From: Raillietiella orientalis
Lineage: Eukaryota
DNA length: 64,000 nucleotides
Reading direction: 5' to 3'
Assembly: GCA_036172245.1 (NCBI GenBank)
Contig: JAYWIR010000010.1
Location: 4,836,001-4,900,000 of the forward strand
Shown here: positions 11,901-24,446 of the stretch, piece after piece
Layout of the letters: each line of letters opens with the position of its first letter
Position numbering within the stretch: the first letter of the stretch is position 1
Notes under the pieces: generated by a model
The model's input: the letters and a program-made list of their open reading frames with translations, nothing else
What the model was told of the DNA's origin: nothing
The model's database searches: none
Translations under genes and position numbers: made by a program

Positions 11901-14900
11901 ATATCTTCGGATGCGAACAAGAAAAATTCCTTAAGTATGAATAATTTCCGTGTCTTGCACAAGCTCGCAGCTCGAATAGATTGAACGGAGGCGTCGGAAG
12001 CTCCGAGCGTCAGCGAAACTAGAAAAGGAACTCCCACCACAGCGAAGCGAAAGACATTCCATCATGATTTGATGGGTGAGCAGGGATTTTCCCTCGAAAA
12101 CTACTTTGTAAAAAATCCGAAATCCGTGAGGGATCTGAAACCAACAGAAATGTGCACGTTTTAGAAGACTGGATGAAACAGCAACCTTTTCCTTTCAAAA
12201 GTTTGCACGACTTGGAGAACTTGAAGCAGCACTGCCGACATCTCCTAGATATCCCTGCATAAAGGATGGCGGAAGTATAAAATTGGCTGGGTGGACTGGA
12301 CCAATTCTGAGACGCATGCTCTTGAACTCCGCTACAACGCGATTCGAAAGCGAAAGTTCCCTGCTGAGTCGAGGGTGTCGGTGAGGGCAGAAGCGACGGG
12401 TTAGTGCTTCAGAGGAATGGAACACACGGATGCTGAGGCCGAAGCATTGAAAATCAAAGAACTGGACGCCGGAGGGACTTTGCTTGCGGAACTTCGAGGT
12501 CACTTTCCCATTCCATATATCCTCGCGAATCCCTGTCCCCCAAAGGTAGCTTTGTAAGCTTGGAGCGCTCCTGTATTATCGGACTGACAGAGATGTGGTC
12601 GCACAAGAAGGCCACGAAATACAAAGCAGACACAGACTAATTCATCTCGCGGCGCTCAAGAACATCCGCTTCGCTATAGAAAGCACTGAAATTGAGCTGA
12701 GCTTTCTGCATTTCAGGGGGAAATTCAGTCTTCCTCGCAAGTTCCTCGAAGCGCCGCGTTTTTTCCATTGTCAGATGGGCACATGAACGAACCTACTTGA
12801 TTCAGTAAGGTTGTTTTGAGCCCATTCACCATTCCGTCAGTGCAGTGCAACCAGCCACCCCTTCTTTCGGAATGTTAGAAAGCTCAAAATGCAATCCTTC
12901 ATAGCAACAGATGACTTTCTGAGCCACGCATGTTACCGGAAGAGATGGACGAATCCGGAAGAATGCTACCAAAGGAAAACCAAATTCAAACTGTGCAGAA
13001 GCAGAACTCCGGCAGAACAGCCATCTTGAGCACCCATGAGCCATGCACAATTCAAAGTTGCATGGAGCATCACGTGAGCTCGCTCGCACGAATCCGTGCA
13101 TTCTTCCTCCTTTTTCACAGAGCTTGGGGAATTTGTTTAAAACTGAAAGTTGATTAATTACTTGTTTATTAATGATTCATGAATTCAACTAGGGGACCGG
13201 AAACCGGAGCTGCAAATGATTCCGACTTCTGTGTGTTTCCTGAGCAAATGGATGCGGCTGTTCTTGAAGCACCTTCAAAATGTGAACAGCAGGGATATTC
13301 CGCCCTCGTGTTTTTTTGTCCGTCAATATTTGACTTGAGGTCCACTTGTTTTGTGGGGACTTGGCAATTTTCACCTTTGCCGTTTAGAATACTCAGGCTG
13401 GAAACCCCTGTCATTCAAATCTTGATTTACTTAATTCATTTCTGTTTACCTGATGGCTAATGCATTCAGCTTTTCCCCCTCTGATTACCACTCTTCTGTT
13501 TTTTTTCGTATCCCTCTATGCCCCGTGCTCTCACCCACTCCCCTTACTGAAAAGTTTAAGTCCTTAGAAAACTGAAGGCAGCAATTAGCTGCTAATTGAA
13601 CACAAGGCCCCTTGAGGTACCACTGCAAAAACCCTTTGTGCACAGAGACCCTGACATCGTTCGACAGCAGCTTTGCTTTCAAGTAGTCAACTTCCGATGG
13701 AAGTGAAAATTCTTACTCAAAACAATGTTCGCGACTGACCCAAAACAAAAGACATGGCTGTAAAATGTGTGGCAGAAAAGCGTTAGAAGCACGAGTTTTT
13801 AAAAGGTCCTATCGGTCACAAAGTATGCGAATCGACTGCCGCGTGGTCGGCACGACTCCGCACGAAGTGACAGTAGATGGAACTGCATTCGAACGTCTTT
13901 CACGCTTCCCACTCCGAAATAGAAAACCGAGATCGCTGTCATCGCATCCTAATATCTAGCCGAGATATATCATTCGGCGTTCCATTTACAGGAGGAAAGA
14001 TTTGAACTTTGAATGATACCGATTCGCAGTGTGTGCATGTGGATTCGCAATGACAGCAATATAGAGCTTTTTGGAATTTATGGTGTTGAATTGCATCTGA
14101 AATTTCTTATTGCAATGGCACTGAAAGGCCTGATGGACAAACTTGCCGCCCGGAATGGTCTCAAGCACTTACCAACTATGCTAAACGGAATCTGAAACCA
14201 AACGAGCGTCCTAACAGACCGAGGCCGCACAACTGCGTTGAGCATCTTGAGCCGAAAGAATCGGAGGAGCGAACAGAAACCATCACGGAAAATCAATGAT
14301 GCTTGAGATCGGAATAAGCAAAAATCCAAGGCGGTGGTTTTCGATCCAAAGTATCCACGAGTTGCATTTTCCTTAATAAATCCGCGGTTCCGTATCTCTC
14401 AAGATAGAGGGAATGAAAACGAATTTGGCAACAAGGTTAAAAGTTCCATGAAAAGGATTACATGGAATTCCTCCGGGATGCAAGAAAAAGTCTCCCGATA
14501 ATCACATTCCTGATTTTTCCCTTTGTTTCCTAGCCTTGGAAAACTTTGAACATGGCTGTGCAAAGAGCGATGGATGAACTCGAAAGAATCCTCGCAGATG
14601 TAATGTAAGGTTTGCTATGAAGAATAACGGAGCCGTGCTCCTCCAAAGAATGCAGAAATCCATCTTGAAGCCGGTTTCTTCTTTTTTTCCTGTTTTCACC
14701 CAAAGATGTTGCACCGAGCAGCGTGACTTATGTCTTTGAGCCCCAGATTTCGAAACAAGAGACTTCGTTATTTAACTACGTGTGTTATTGAACTTTACGT
14801 TTATCTTGCGTTTCAAGTGATGCATTGCATGTGTTTCGTATTTTGGCGGTGCAGAAAATTCACCAAATGACTACCAGCAGTGGCGCATTTGCAGCAGCGC

Positions 14901-16600
14901 TGGAAAAAAAGCTGCCCCGGAATTGAGCCGCCTTTTGCGTTAAACAGTCCAGTCGTCATGGTGCTTATTGAACCACATTCTGCCCAACTGGAAATCCAAG
15001 GCCAGCAAATTTTTCCATCGAGCTGTCTTTCTCTCAACTAGAGCATGAATATTCTCAGAAATTGACATTTCTGAGACAATTTTTATCTCGGAAACGTGTG
15101 TTGAAAATTCAGACTTAAAGATGGAGAAGGAGCACTGGTCGATTGAGGAGAACAGATGCAACAAATTCGGTTGCTGTTCGTATGACGAATCACAGAGCTC
15201 ATCAAGTGTGTTTGCCACTTGATATGGGATGAAGAGATCGGAAATGATTCGGACATGCATCGAGGTGGAATGATTGGTGCGCGAGTCGATCATTCGGTCA
15301 TGGTTCCCGGATCCCAGAAATTTTCAAGGTTGTTCTTGTCTCGATATCCTTATGAAAACTCCTGTCAATTCTTAGGGAACAGGTTTTAGGTTTACAGCGT
15401 TCTCTGGTCCTTTGTAGATTGAAACTACTCTGGTCACGCCCTGTGGGGTACACTGCGCCGCAGCTTCCACAAGTCTCTAAAGAACTCCCAAGTCACCGAA
15501 GGAAACTGTGTCCAGAATTTTGTTCTCTAGAAAGAAGACGCGTAACATCCATTGGAGGACAGAGGCGTCTGTGGAAGCAGCATCGCTGCGGCCCTGGATC
15601 TTTGCTACCTCCGCGAATCTTTCTTTCTCCTATAGGAAAAAGGAAAGTAGCTGAGGTAGTAGAGAATCTTCGAAAATTTGCAAGAAAGCGGTCTTTCAAC
15701 AGTTTGCAAGAGAATTTAGGGCTGACCATCAAGAAGTCACAGTGGATTTCCGCTTTCCGCTTTACATTTTTGGAACCAGAGTTTGTGTGCACTGAATTTT
15801 TTGTGGTTCGCGTCTGAAGACCTGTGAGCACTACCTTGACCCTGTGAGTCCTCGAGATCTAAAGTTGAAAGTTTTTTTTTTTTTTGCTTCAGGGATGGGT
15901 ATTCTGGCACTGCGGAATGAATTCCACGAACTTCTTTGTTTCTCTGAAGTCTGTGCTCAGATTGGTCAGCATGCGTGATCTCCTAGATAGATCTGGAATT
16001 CATGTGCAGGTCCAGACGCATCAGCAGTGTCTGAGGCGTTCTGTAATGAAATCATTTTCCAAATTAAAATCCTCCTGGAAAGGGATGCAGGGGATCCTTC
16101 TGATTGAACGGTTCACAGGCCGAAAAGCTTTCGCAGAAGCCTCACACGCGCACTTTGATTGAGGGCCGTCTGGACTTCAGCTATTGTGGATGCTCCAATG
16201 AGGAAGGTTCTTGAAAGGGGTGGTCAACTATCCTTCCCGGAAGAAGCTAGCGTTTTCCACCAACTTGCTCTTCGACGAGCGCTTGGAACCATTCCTCTCT
16301 TCCAAGGGGGACACCCCTTGGGAATGCTTTCTTGGGCGAAGACAGACTCCAGTTCCCAGAAAGGGAGCTTTTCAATCTGGTTGGGAAGCGGCGAAATTCC
16401 CACTTCTCTGTCGCCTCTCCCTCGCTGCTGTAGAATTCATCGTGTTCCCGCGTTCTGCAGCAAAGGAGTGGACAGAAACATCGAGTCTCGTTCAGATGGA
16501 ATGTTTATAAGATGCAGTCTCAAAGAGCGTCCACGAAAAGGTAGGCTGCGGCCCGCGAAACGTAAAGATTATTAGACAAGCGATTAGGCGACGGTGCCAT
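9000..16600 (-). pseudogene. One or more very large unknown minus-strand pseudogenes
   Basis: ORFs 14940-15293, 14502-14714, 13986-14168 and 13485-13682 are all in one frame, separated by stop-containing gaps. Further protein-like fragments continue down to ~9000. Confidence 0.45.
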
Positions 16601-17404
16601 AAAATAAAGGTCAGTTACCGGAAGGAGCGCTTAGAATGGAATCGGAAAAAACAGCAAACGAAATCTGCCCGTAATTTATTACTGCATTCCTGTATTTTCT
16701 CTTTCTTTCTCTCCTGCCATGTTGAAAATACGCCTCGATCAAAATACGGTCGCGGTGTTCGCATCGATGAGACCGCGCTGTCAGACACGGAAGCGAAGGC
16801 AACGAGACGATCGCGCAGGCAGCAGCAGGTGCCCGGTCTCTCTCTCTCTCTCTCCCGGCACAGCTTGAAGGGAGCGCGCAGGCAGGTCATGCAGAGAACC
16901 GGGAATGCCGAGTGCACCTGTGCATGGGGCATCCACCATGACAAGACCGAATTTCCTTTTTGCCCGCCACTACTGCGTCCTGGAAAGCTGACATCCACTC
17001 TCCTGATGCCACTTTGTACGACCTCTTCCCGAAAAGCAACAAATTCCGGTGTTCCCTGAGCTTAGCATGGGGAGCCGCTGAGATTTTCGTTTCAGCATCA
17101 AAGTCACTCTGCATTCGGAGAAAGTGTATTGGTGGGGGGAAGGATAAATGGCAACAGCCGACCGTTTCCATGGAACCAGAAGCCAGCACCATCAATCCTC
17201 ATTCCGGAGGATTGAGATAGCAATTAAGAAATGGCGACTGGCTCGGAAGAGCGTTTCAGTCATTGGTACGTACTGTAATCGTTCTTCTGTACTCGTCGGC
17301 ACCGCCACTCGTGATGGCAGCTCCGTGAAACTGCGTCCTTCAGGAAAACATGGATTTCCAGTTTTCCATCGATTTAGAAAAGTGGGATGCTGGAAAAATT
17401 TCAT
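16600..17404 (-). pseudogene. SAM-dependent (RNA) methyltransferase-like remnant
   Basis: KFGLVMVDAPCTG at ~16954-16915 resembles motif IV of Rossmann-fold RNA MTases (RsmB/NSUN DAPC, or FtsJ-type D-A-P). The region is frameshifted and interrupted by a (TC)n run at 16837-16854. Confidence 0.35.
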
Positions 17405-17760
17405 TAGGGAATTCCATGCGAATCAAGGCGGGGAATGAGAGCGACAGATGCAAACGAACAGAGCAGGAGGTGTTGGAATGAACACCTCTCCGCCAATAAG
17501 ATGTGGACCACAAGGTATCTCTTCCTACTGATCCCTAAGGCAGCGGTCCGAGGTAGTGAGTTACAGCAGAATTACTTAGCACATTTCATAGTAGCAGAGG
17601 TGGGCTACGCTGATTCTTGGAGCATTTGCAATGCACTCGACTCTGTGAGCAGGCATCTGCCACAGAAACTGTGTTGTCACGCGCCCAATACGTGGGCAAC
17701 CATCGAAAAGACCGACTCTGAGACCAAATTGTGCGCGTCGAGAAATGAGTTCCGTTCCGC
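17405..17760 (-). pseudogene. RING-HC plus TRAF-type zinc finger remnant
   Basis: A*QHSFCGRCL (~17680-17645; CxHxFCxxC with the first Cys changed to TGA). Upstream RTIW is a possible decayed CTIC; downstream QHLLLCSFASV follows. Confidence 0.35.
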
Positions 17761-19884
17761 TGCTTCCCTCCCAGGGTTATTTTTTTTCCTTTCTTTCGGT
17801 TTTCTTTCTTTCGGGGGGTTTGCTGAGTACTCGAGAATCGTTCACCTCCTCCTTAGGGACATCGGAGAACTTCGGGGATTTCGCCACATGAGGACTCTGT
17901 CACGCCACATGGAAGGTCTGCTGCCAGTGTCCGATGCGTACCAGCGTCATTCCAGGGTTCCCACTCTATTCCTGTGAGCCAACCAGCGTCCTATGCGAAG
18001 ACTCGAAACCCACGACGCTTTGCCTCTCGGCGTCCATCCTTTACGAGCGTTCGAACCCGAAAGACACCTAGTGTCACGCGCCGAAGCCCTACGGATTTTC
18101 TGCCGCTAGCCGGGCACTCACGGAGGTCGACAGAGTTGCTGCTAGTGAAAATCCTGGAAATTCGCTTTCGAGGTTGTTATCGTGAGCCGATTTAGCAGGA
18201 GAAAGAAGGAAAGTGTTGTTCCTCACAGACGCCTCTACAAATCGAATGAACGCACCTTTTCTTGCATCTTGCCATTTCCTCTTTCTCGTCTCGTGAAACT
18301 CCCAAAGGTGAATGAGCGGGCAGGAAGCCCAACTCGTCCATCGGGCCTGACGATGAACCAATGAGACTGAAATCAGTTATTCCAATGCAAGAAGACAGCA
18401 GCAGCGTTTCCAAAGGATGCTCTTCAAGCGATGAGCAATGATAGCAGAGACTCCATGAGCACAAACCGGTATCCAAGGGAAGACAGCTGCTGTGCTCGAT
18501 AGCTACCTTTCATAGCCGTCACGTTTCGCAGCTCCACAGAGGAACTATCCCGGCGCTATGGAAGCGAATCCATGCATTTTCGAACGGGAGGTGATCCTGT
18601 GAATTCCACAGGCATCCAGCGGCGGATTGGTTGAGTTCCGAGTTGAGCTTCGCGTGGTATCCACGGTGCTTAGCAACAACGCGAAGCCGTTCGCCCACAC
18701 TCAGATTACCAGAAGAAATTTCCTGCCGTCGAAGAAAGCGGAGAGCTTGAAAAGCTGGTCGGGCTGTGAACGAAGAGGAGCAAGCGGACGGGGGAAAAAG
18801 GGGGATAATTCGGGAGGCGTCGTCCACAGGCTCGTCTTATTCCTCACCACAGGCGACAGGGAGAGACACGTTCACCGATTGTCAACACGCTAATCCGCCT
18901 GCAGGCCCTTCTCATCGCAAGACTTGGAACAAATATAGTTTTGAAGGATAAGTTTCACGGGAACAGGAGGTGAAGGAACAGCCGGATGGGACAGCTGGGG
19001 GAGGGGAAGACCATGTCAAAACTTAATGGCTGTCAAGTTTTGCAACGTCCCCAGAGAACCTACCGCGAGCAAACACACCACAAATAGGCCTTCGAATGGA
19101 AGGCAAGAGAAAGCAAATAAGCGCCTGTTAGATGATGTTGAAGAGAGGTTCCCCCTTTTGTCTGCGCTGAGCTCCGGGATCAGCGCCAAAGGATAAAGGT
19201 GAAAATCCTCGTGGAAGCTGTTCTTTACGTGACCGTCTTCGAAATTCCGCGCACATCCCGGTTTCCGGAAAACCTTTCGAAAAACCTCAGGAAGGAGGAG
19301 GAATGAAAAGAGCGAGTTTCCTTTTTTCTTTCTTTTTCTTACAGAGTTTTCAAGATTCATCGAAGCGGACCAACGGCCCCGGCCAGCTCTTTCGCAATCT
19401 CGGGCATTGCGGACTTCTGAGCGCGCCCAGACTGAGGGCGGCCAGACCGACCTACTGGTGCCATTTGTCCGCATTTGCCCTCTACCCACGGTCCTTGTTA
19501 GTGGGCAAGAGATCACGACGAATCCAGAGGAAGAGACCCAGAGCGGAGTAGATGTTACAGCCTCCCGTTCCTTCGAGATGCCGAGACCGTTCCGCACCGG
19601 AGCGATCCTTCGATGGTGGCATGACGAAGTGATTAAGTGGCCGGGAACAGACGGATGCCTCGAGTAATTTGATCTGCTTCCGTTCGAGAAAAAAAAAGCG
19701 AGAGCGAAGCATGGAGACCGCCGCGTGAAGGATGCGCTACCGGGACTGCCTTCGGATCTCGGGACGTGATTTCCTCGCCTCCCTCCCTATGCATGAATGA
19801 CTGGACGAATCTGGAGCCAGGAGCTGAAAGCAAAAGTGCTCTGAGGAGGCTGGGAGGCGGCTCCCGTGGTGTGAAGGCAGAAGG

Positions 19885-20760
19885 GTGGCTTCCTTCTTCC
19901 GTTTCCGAGAAACGGAACAAAAGAACTGCGTAAGCGCGTTAGCTAGGAATGAGAAGGAATCGCTGGAAGGAAGGAAACGATTCAGGACTGTCTCCCGATG
20001 CTGTACCGCGGAGGCATTCTGTGCTGCGCACGAGGGCTCCGAAGCTGGACCGGGAATCTCCGACGACGATTGCCGGCACCACCTGAGCGCGGACCAACTT
20101 GTGCTGCCTCCACCCACGCCCCACCCTCGTCCAGGGCTAGAGAGTGCGGTACAGCACCGGCGACAGGACATGGCGACGGATCCGAACCGGAGATACTTCG
20201 AGGACCGCTTGAAGGAGAAGAAGGGTGTGTCCCACTGCGACCCCACCACGCCAGTGGTTGTCCCGTTGCTGCCAAGAAGCATCCTCGTCAGGAGAACGAA
20301 GCTGACAAAAAGCAACGCCCGTGAGACGCCCGAGACATTCCACGAGGACTCTTAAGAAGAGAAGTCAGCATCAGGGCATCGTGAACCTTCCAGCACTCGG
20401 TTACGGATCGTGAGAACAGCGGCAGGATCAGTGGAATTTCTCGCCTGCGAAGACCTCAGGAGCCGCTGGAAGCGACCCCGAGTCTATGAGGGTGCTTGAG
20501 AAAGTGAAAGCGGCTTCTGCGTAGTTCGACAAGTTCACCCCGCCGAGGGTCGGACTGGGGAAGGAAGGGAATGACTGGATGAGCCTGGAAGACTTCTTTT
20601 TTTTTCATCTACCCTCCCCCGGTGCCGGTTCAGAACCGGTAGTTTCCTTTGGGATGGACCCGTGCACTGTTCGCTCTCTGAGCTCCGTTCGCCCTCCTTC
20701 CCTTGCTCATCGCCTCACGGAGAGTATCGCGGGTAATTGAATCAGCTCCTACCTGAGTCA
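19885..20760 (+). pseudogene. vp39: Probable vp39-like major capsid protein; 5' half open (19885-20355), 3' half broken
   Basis: Pattern KNCV..C..AFC..DDDCRHHL..LVLP..KKGVS..PVVVPL follows the VP39 N-terminal order (N-C, C, C, C-x2-HL, LP, G-x-S, LIP). The downstream fragment RCRFRTGSFLWDGPVHCSL resembles the C-terminal part. Confidence 0.45.
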
Positions 20761-20799
20761 CTTCCGCCTCCCGAAGAAGTCGGGGGTCCCTCCAGGTGG

Positions 20800-22250
20800 C
20801 CGGGAGGCGAGCCGCGGCGTCGCCCGCCCCCGGGCCGAGCGCTCGCTGCGTCTGTGGGAAAACCGGAAGATTTTCTTCGGGACCGCAGGTATCACGGAGG
20901 GGATTCGTCGAGGAGCGATCGAGAGGGGGGGGCAGTACCCTTGAAAATCTCTCCCCCCCCCAGAGAAGAAAGACGAGAGGAGAAGAGACGGAGCGGAGAA
21001 TCCGGTAGCATTGGCAAGGGGAACCGGGCCTATGGTGACGGTGGAGCTGCGGTCGCTCCCCCCGCAGCTCGCGAGGGAAGGGAGGAGGAAGGAAAGGAGA
21101 GGGCATACGGGCAACTCTCGATCGATAGCCATTAGCCAATCTCCGTCGGGAATTGCCCGACGATGGCGACGACGCTCCACCGCGGGAAAAAACCCTCAGT
21201 CGGACGCTCCTGCTCGACCGCTCTTCCTACCCTCCACTACTGGTTCCCTACACCGGGTGCCCTCTCCCTGGCGGGCTGTAGAGACCCGGGGAGGAGTCCT
21301 CCCACGGCTTCGACGGCAGGGGCGGAGCCCTCCCGCAGCTTCCTCTTCCCTGACCGGGCCGCCTTCCTTCCCCCTCCGTCCCCGTCCTCCTCATCCCCTC
21401 TTTCAAGCCCCTGCGAATCCGACGCACGGGTCGCCTCGAAGCAAGGAGCGGCCGCGGGGGAAGGCGCGGACCCTTTCCTTCCCCTCCTCCCTTCCTCCCT
21501 TCCTCACCCACCGCCCCTTTCTTTTCCCCTTTCTTATCTGGAGGTGGCCGGATTCTCCTTTCGAAGGACGAGGGGAGGAAAGTTTTCCGGAGGAAGAAGA
21601 GGGAAAGAAGGAGGGGGGGAGGAAGAAGGAAGGAAGGAGGAAAAGTTTCCTTTCCGAAGGAGGGCGGGGGAGGCGAGGGTCGGCGGAGATTTCGCAGATG
21701 CCGGCGATTTGAATACGCAACGAACCCCGGGCACTTTCCTGGAAGAAGAGGGATGGTGAAGGAAATCAGAAAAAAATTACGATCCACCGCTCCCTTCCGT
21801 TCCCTTCCTTTTCCTTCCGCATACTCCCGTATCGATCCTGCCGGTAATCTCCCGTACGCTCCCCCATCGCCTCCCGCAATGGAAAATCTCCCGTATCCCC
21901 CGGGAGTTGCGTCTGAGCGGCGCGAATGCGACGCGGGAGAGGCAGTGAGGGAGAGGGAAAAAAACGACGTGCCAGGATGAATATCCCTCGAAGAGGTCCT
22001 CTGGGCAGGTAGGGGGGTTCCCTTCCCAGCGTTCTCTTCACCCTCACCCCTGGTGCCTCCCGCGCGTGCCCTATCGCCGTCGTTTCTCCTCCGCGGCGAG
22101 ATTTCCCTCTCCCCCCCCCTCCCCTCCCCCTTTCGCTTCTCTTCAGATCCCGGAGCAGCGGCTGGAGAATTTTCGCCTCGCGTCCAGATCGAACAAAACA
22201 GGCGAGCCGAGCGCGTGTGCGGGGGAGGAGGGAAGGAGGGGGCGAAAGGG
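20800..22250. repeat. GC-rich low-complexity tract with alternating polypyrimidine and polypurine blocks
   Basis: CT-rich 21340-21535, GA-rich 21565-21675, C-run 22100-22135. Long ORFs in many frames are explained by composition. Confidence 0.7.
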
Positions 22251-23350
22251 AACGCTGACGACGCAGGTAGCGCCAGATCCGCCCGGATGAAAACGAGAGC
22301 GGGCGGCTCCCAAACATCACCGCCGCTTGTGGCTCCTCTCCACGCTCCGGAGGGTCTTCCCTTATCGATCCGGAGGCGCTACCCTACTCCGGCATGGATC
22401 CCGCTGCAGGCCCGGGAGAGGGCGAGTCCGCGTGGCGACGCTGCTGGACAAGTGGGACATTGCAGGTCAGATGCCGGGATGCACCTCGGTCGTCGGACGC
22501 GCGCTTGGCTCCTCCTTCCTGCCGGGAATCCCCCGCGCGGCCTCCTGGATCTGGACCGGGGACTAGGCCTCTCCGCCGAGGACACGGGTTGCGGAGCAGC
22601 TCCAGCCAAATTGAGCTTTCCATGGGAAGGACGAAGGAGGCTCCTGGAAGACGAACGCCACATCGCCAGAAAGATGGGCGGGAAAACATCCTTCGATTCC
22701 GTGGAGCGTTATTCTAGGGCGGGTAGCAGCGGCCTCTTGAAGCTGGACAGCATCCGACTAACCAAGACTGGTTAGGAAGGCAGGCAACCGCGGGGGAGAG
22801 GGATCCAAGCTGCTCTCCCGAAGAGCTCGCCGCTGATACCAGCCTTTTTCTTCCTCTGCAAACCCCATGCAGGAGGATGGCTCTTGGCCTGGGACGACGC
22901 AGACGTTGAAGAAAGAATTCACCGCAGGTCGGCGGATGACCCCTCAAGGAGTGCCCCTGGGGGGACGTAACCGCCGCACCTGACGAAACGCTGCCAACCC
23001 TGGCTGCGGAGCCTCCTGTTCGGGTGGCACCTTGCGGCAGGCAAGGGAAGGATTTCGCCGCGTACGGTGACGAACGGCAGGCACCTCGCTGGTATTTCGG
23101 CAAGCCGATCGACCACCGCATAATGAAACCCGACGGACGTCCAAACGCGGCACGTCAGAGGACCGCTGGGGAGCTTCGAGTTCCTGCTGTCGACCCCGGA
23201 TGTGTTCGAACTTAGCCGGAATCAGCAACGACCAATCAGGCAGGGGAAAAAGGCAGTCTGCCATCGATGACTGTCGTCACGGAAACGGGACGCTTTCTAA
23301 GAGACACTCTGGAAACGCGGAAGGGGAGTGAACGTAAAGAAGGGTGGAGA
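22053..23350 (+). pseudogene. lef-4: Probable lef-4-like RNA capping enzyme (triphosphatase/guanylyltransferase)
   Basis: LLKLDSIR at 22734-22757 matches motif I KLDG(V/I)R with one ggc>agc change. It is preceded by WIPLQARE and KLSFPWE, and followed in other frames by WYFGKPIDHRIMKPDG (~23090-23137, motif IV-like) and GSFEFLL (~23168-23190). The start codon is uncertain. Confidence 0.45.
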
Positions 23351-23413
23351 GGCAACCGGAAAAAAAGGGAAAGTGTTCCCCAAAAAGACATCTGCAACTC
23401 TACCTCCCAAGGG

Positions 23414-24374
23414 CTACCGGAGGGATGCTCTTTTGGAACACGCGAAGCGCCCGCTCCTGATTTCCAAGGCAACGCGTTCGCCAGTCTCGGCAGCAGTTCG
23501 AGGCACCTGGGCTGCTGCGCCTTTCTTTATTCCACCGCATGGAACCTCTCCCCTGCCCAAAGAGGTGCTAACCAGATCGGCAGAGTGACCGACCGGCCTT
23601 GACGAAGCCAGCCTGGCATCCGGAAAAATGAACGATGTCGGATGCTGCCGTGGGCGACCAATCGCGGAACCTCTTGCGCTTTTCCTGCTCCTCTGGTGAC
23701 GCGAAGTAAGATTTGAAACGGGATGAAGACAAAAGCTCCCTGCACTTGGTCCAAGAGGGATCGGGAGAGAATGCACGTCGTTGTTTGCTCCGCTGCGGCG
23801 TTGCCTCAGCAGCCGCTGCGTCCCCTTGCACCCGCGAAGTTCCCGGCCCTTCGCTGGCGGACCGACGACAGCACGACCCGCTCCGGCGCTTCGCATCCAC
23901 TTTCCGGGCATGGAGGTCGCTTCCCGCGCAAACGCTGCGGAAAGAGCCCCAGGAAGCGCAGGGCTCCGAAGAGACAGGGCCGCGATGTCTTCCGATCTTC
24001 CGAGGAACCCGGTTTTTTTGTGTGTGTTTTTCGAACCTCGCAAGCCTCCTGGGTGAGACCCGCGGCTGCTCACGGAAGCTCCAAAGCAGAGACGCTCCAG
24101 CATCTTCTGGTTCCCTGCGCCCCGGAAATACTTGAGGAAAATCTTCCCCGTCACGGCGGATTACTCGTTGCGTAATGCGCCGTGGCCTGCCGGACGCAGC
24201 CGAGATCGAGGGACGGGACAACATCTGGGACGTCGATCGAGGCGTTTCCTGCTGCACCCGTGTGAGATAAAAGGCTAGATCGTTCGAAAATGACAGCAAT
24301 GAGGAAAATTCGCACCTTCCATCATCACCTGTCCATCTCATCCCGATGGCTTGTGACAGATCAAAGCAATGCAA
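23414..24374 (-). pseudogene. Unknown frameshifted gene convergent with lef-4
   Basis: Overlapping 268-aa and 246-aa minus ORFs contain alternating protein-like blocks (FSNDLAFYLTRVQQE; GKIFLKYFRGAGNQKMLERL; WTKCRELLSSSRFKSYF). Confidence 0.4.
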
Positions 24375-24446
24375 GATAAGTCAGCGTGTAAGATCAGTTT
24401 TCGATGTAGATCAACTGATGATGGGGGGCGAGTTGCCCGTATCAAC

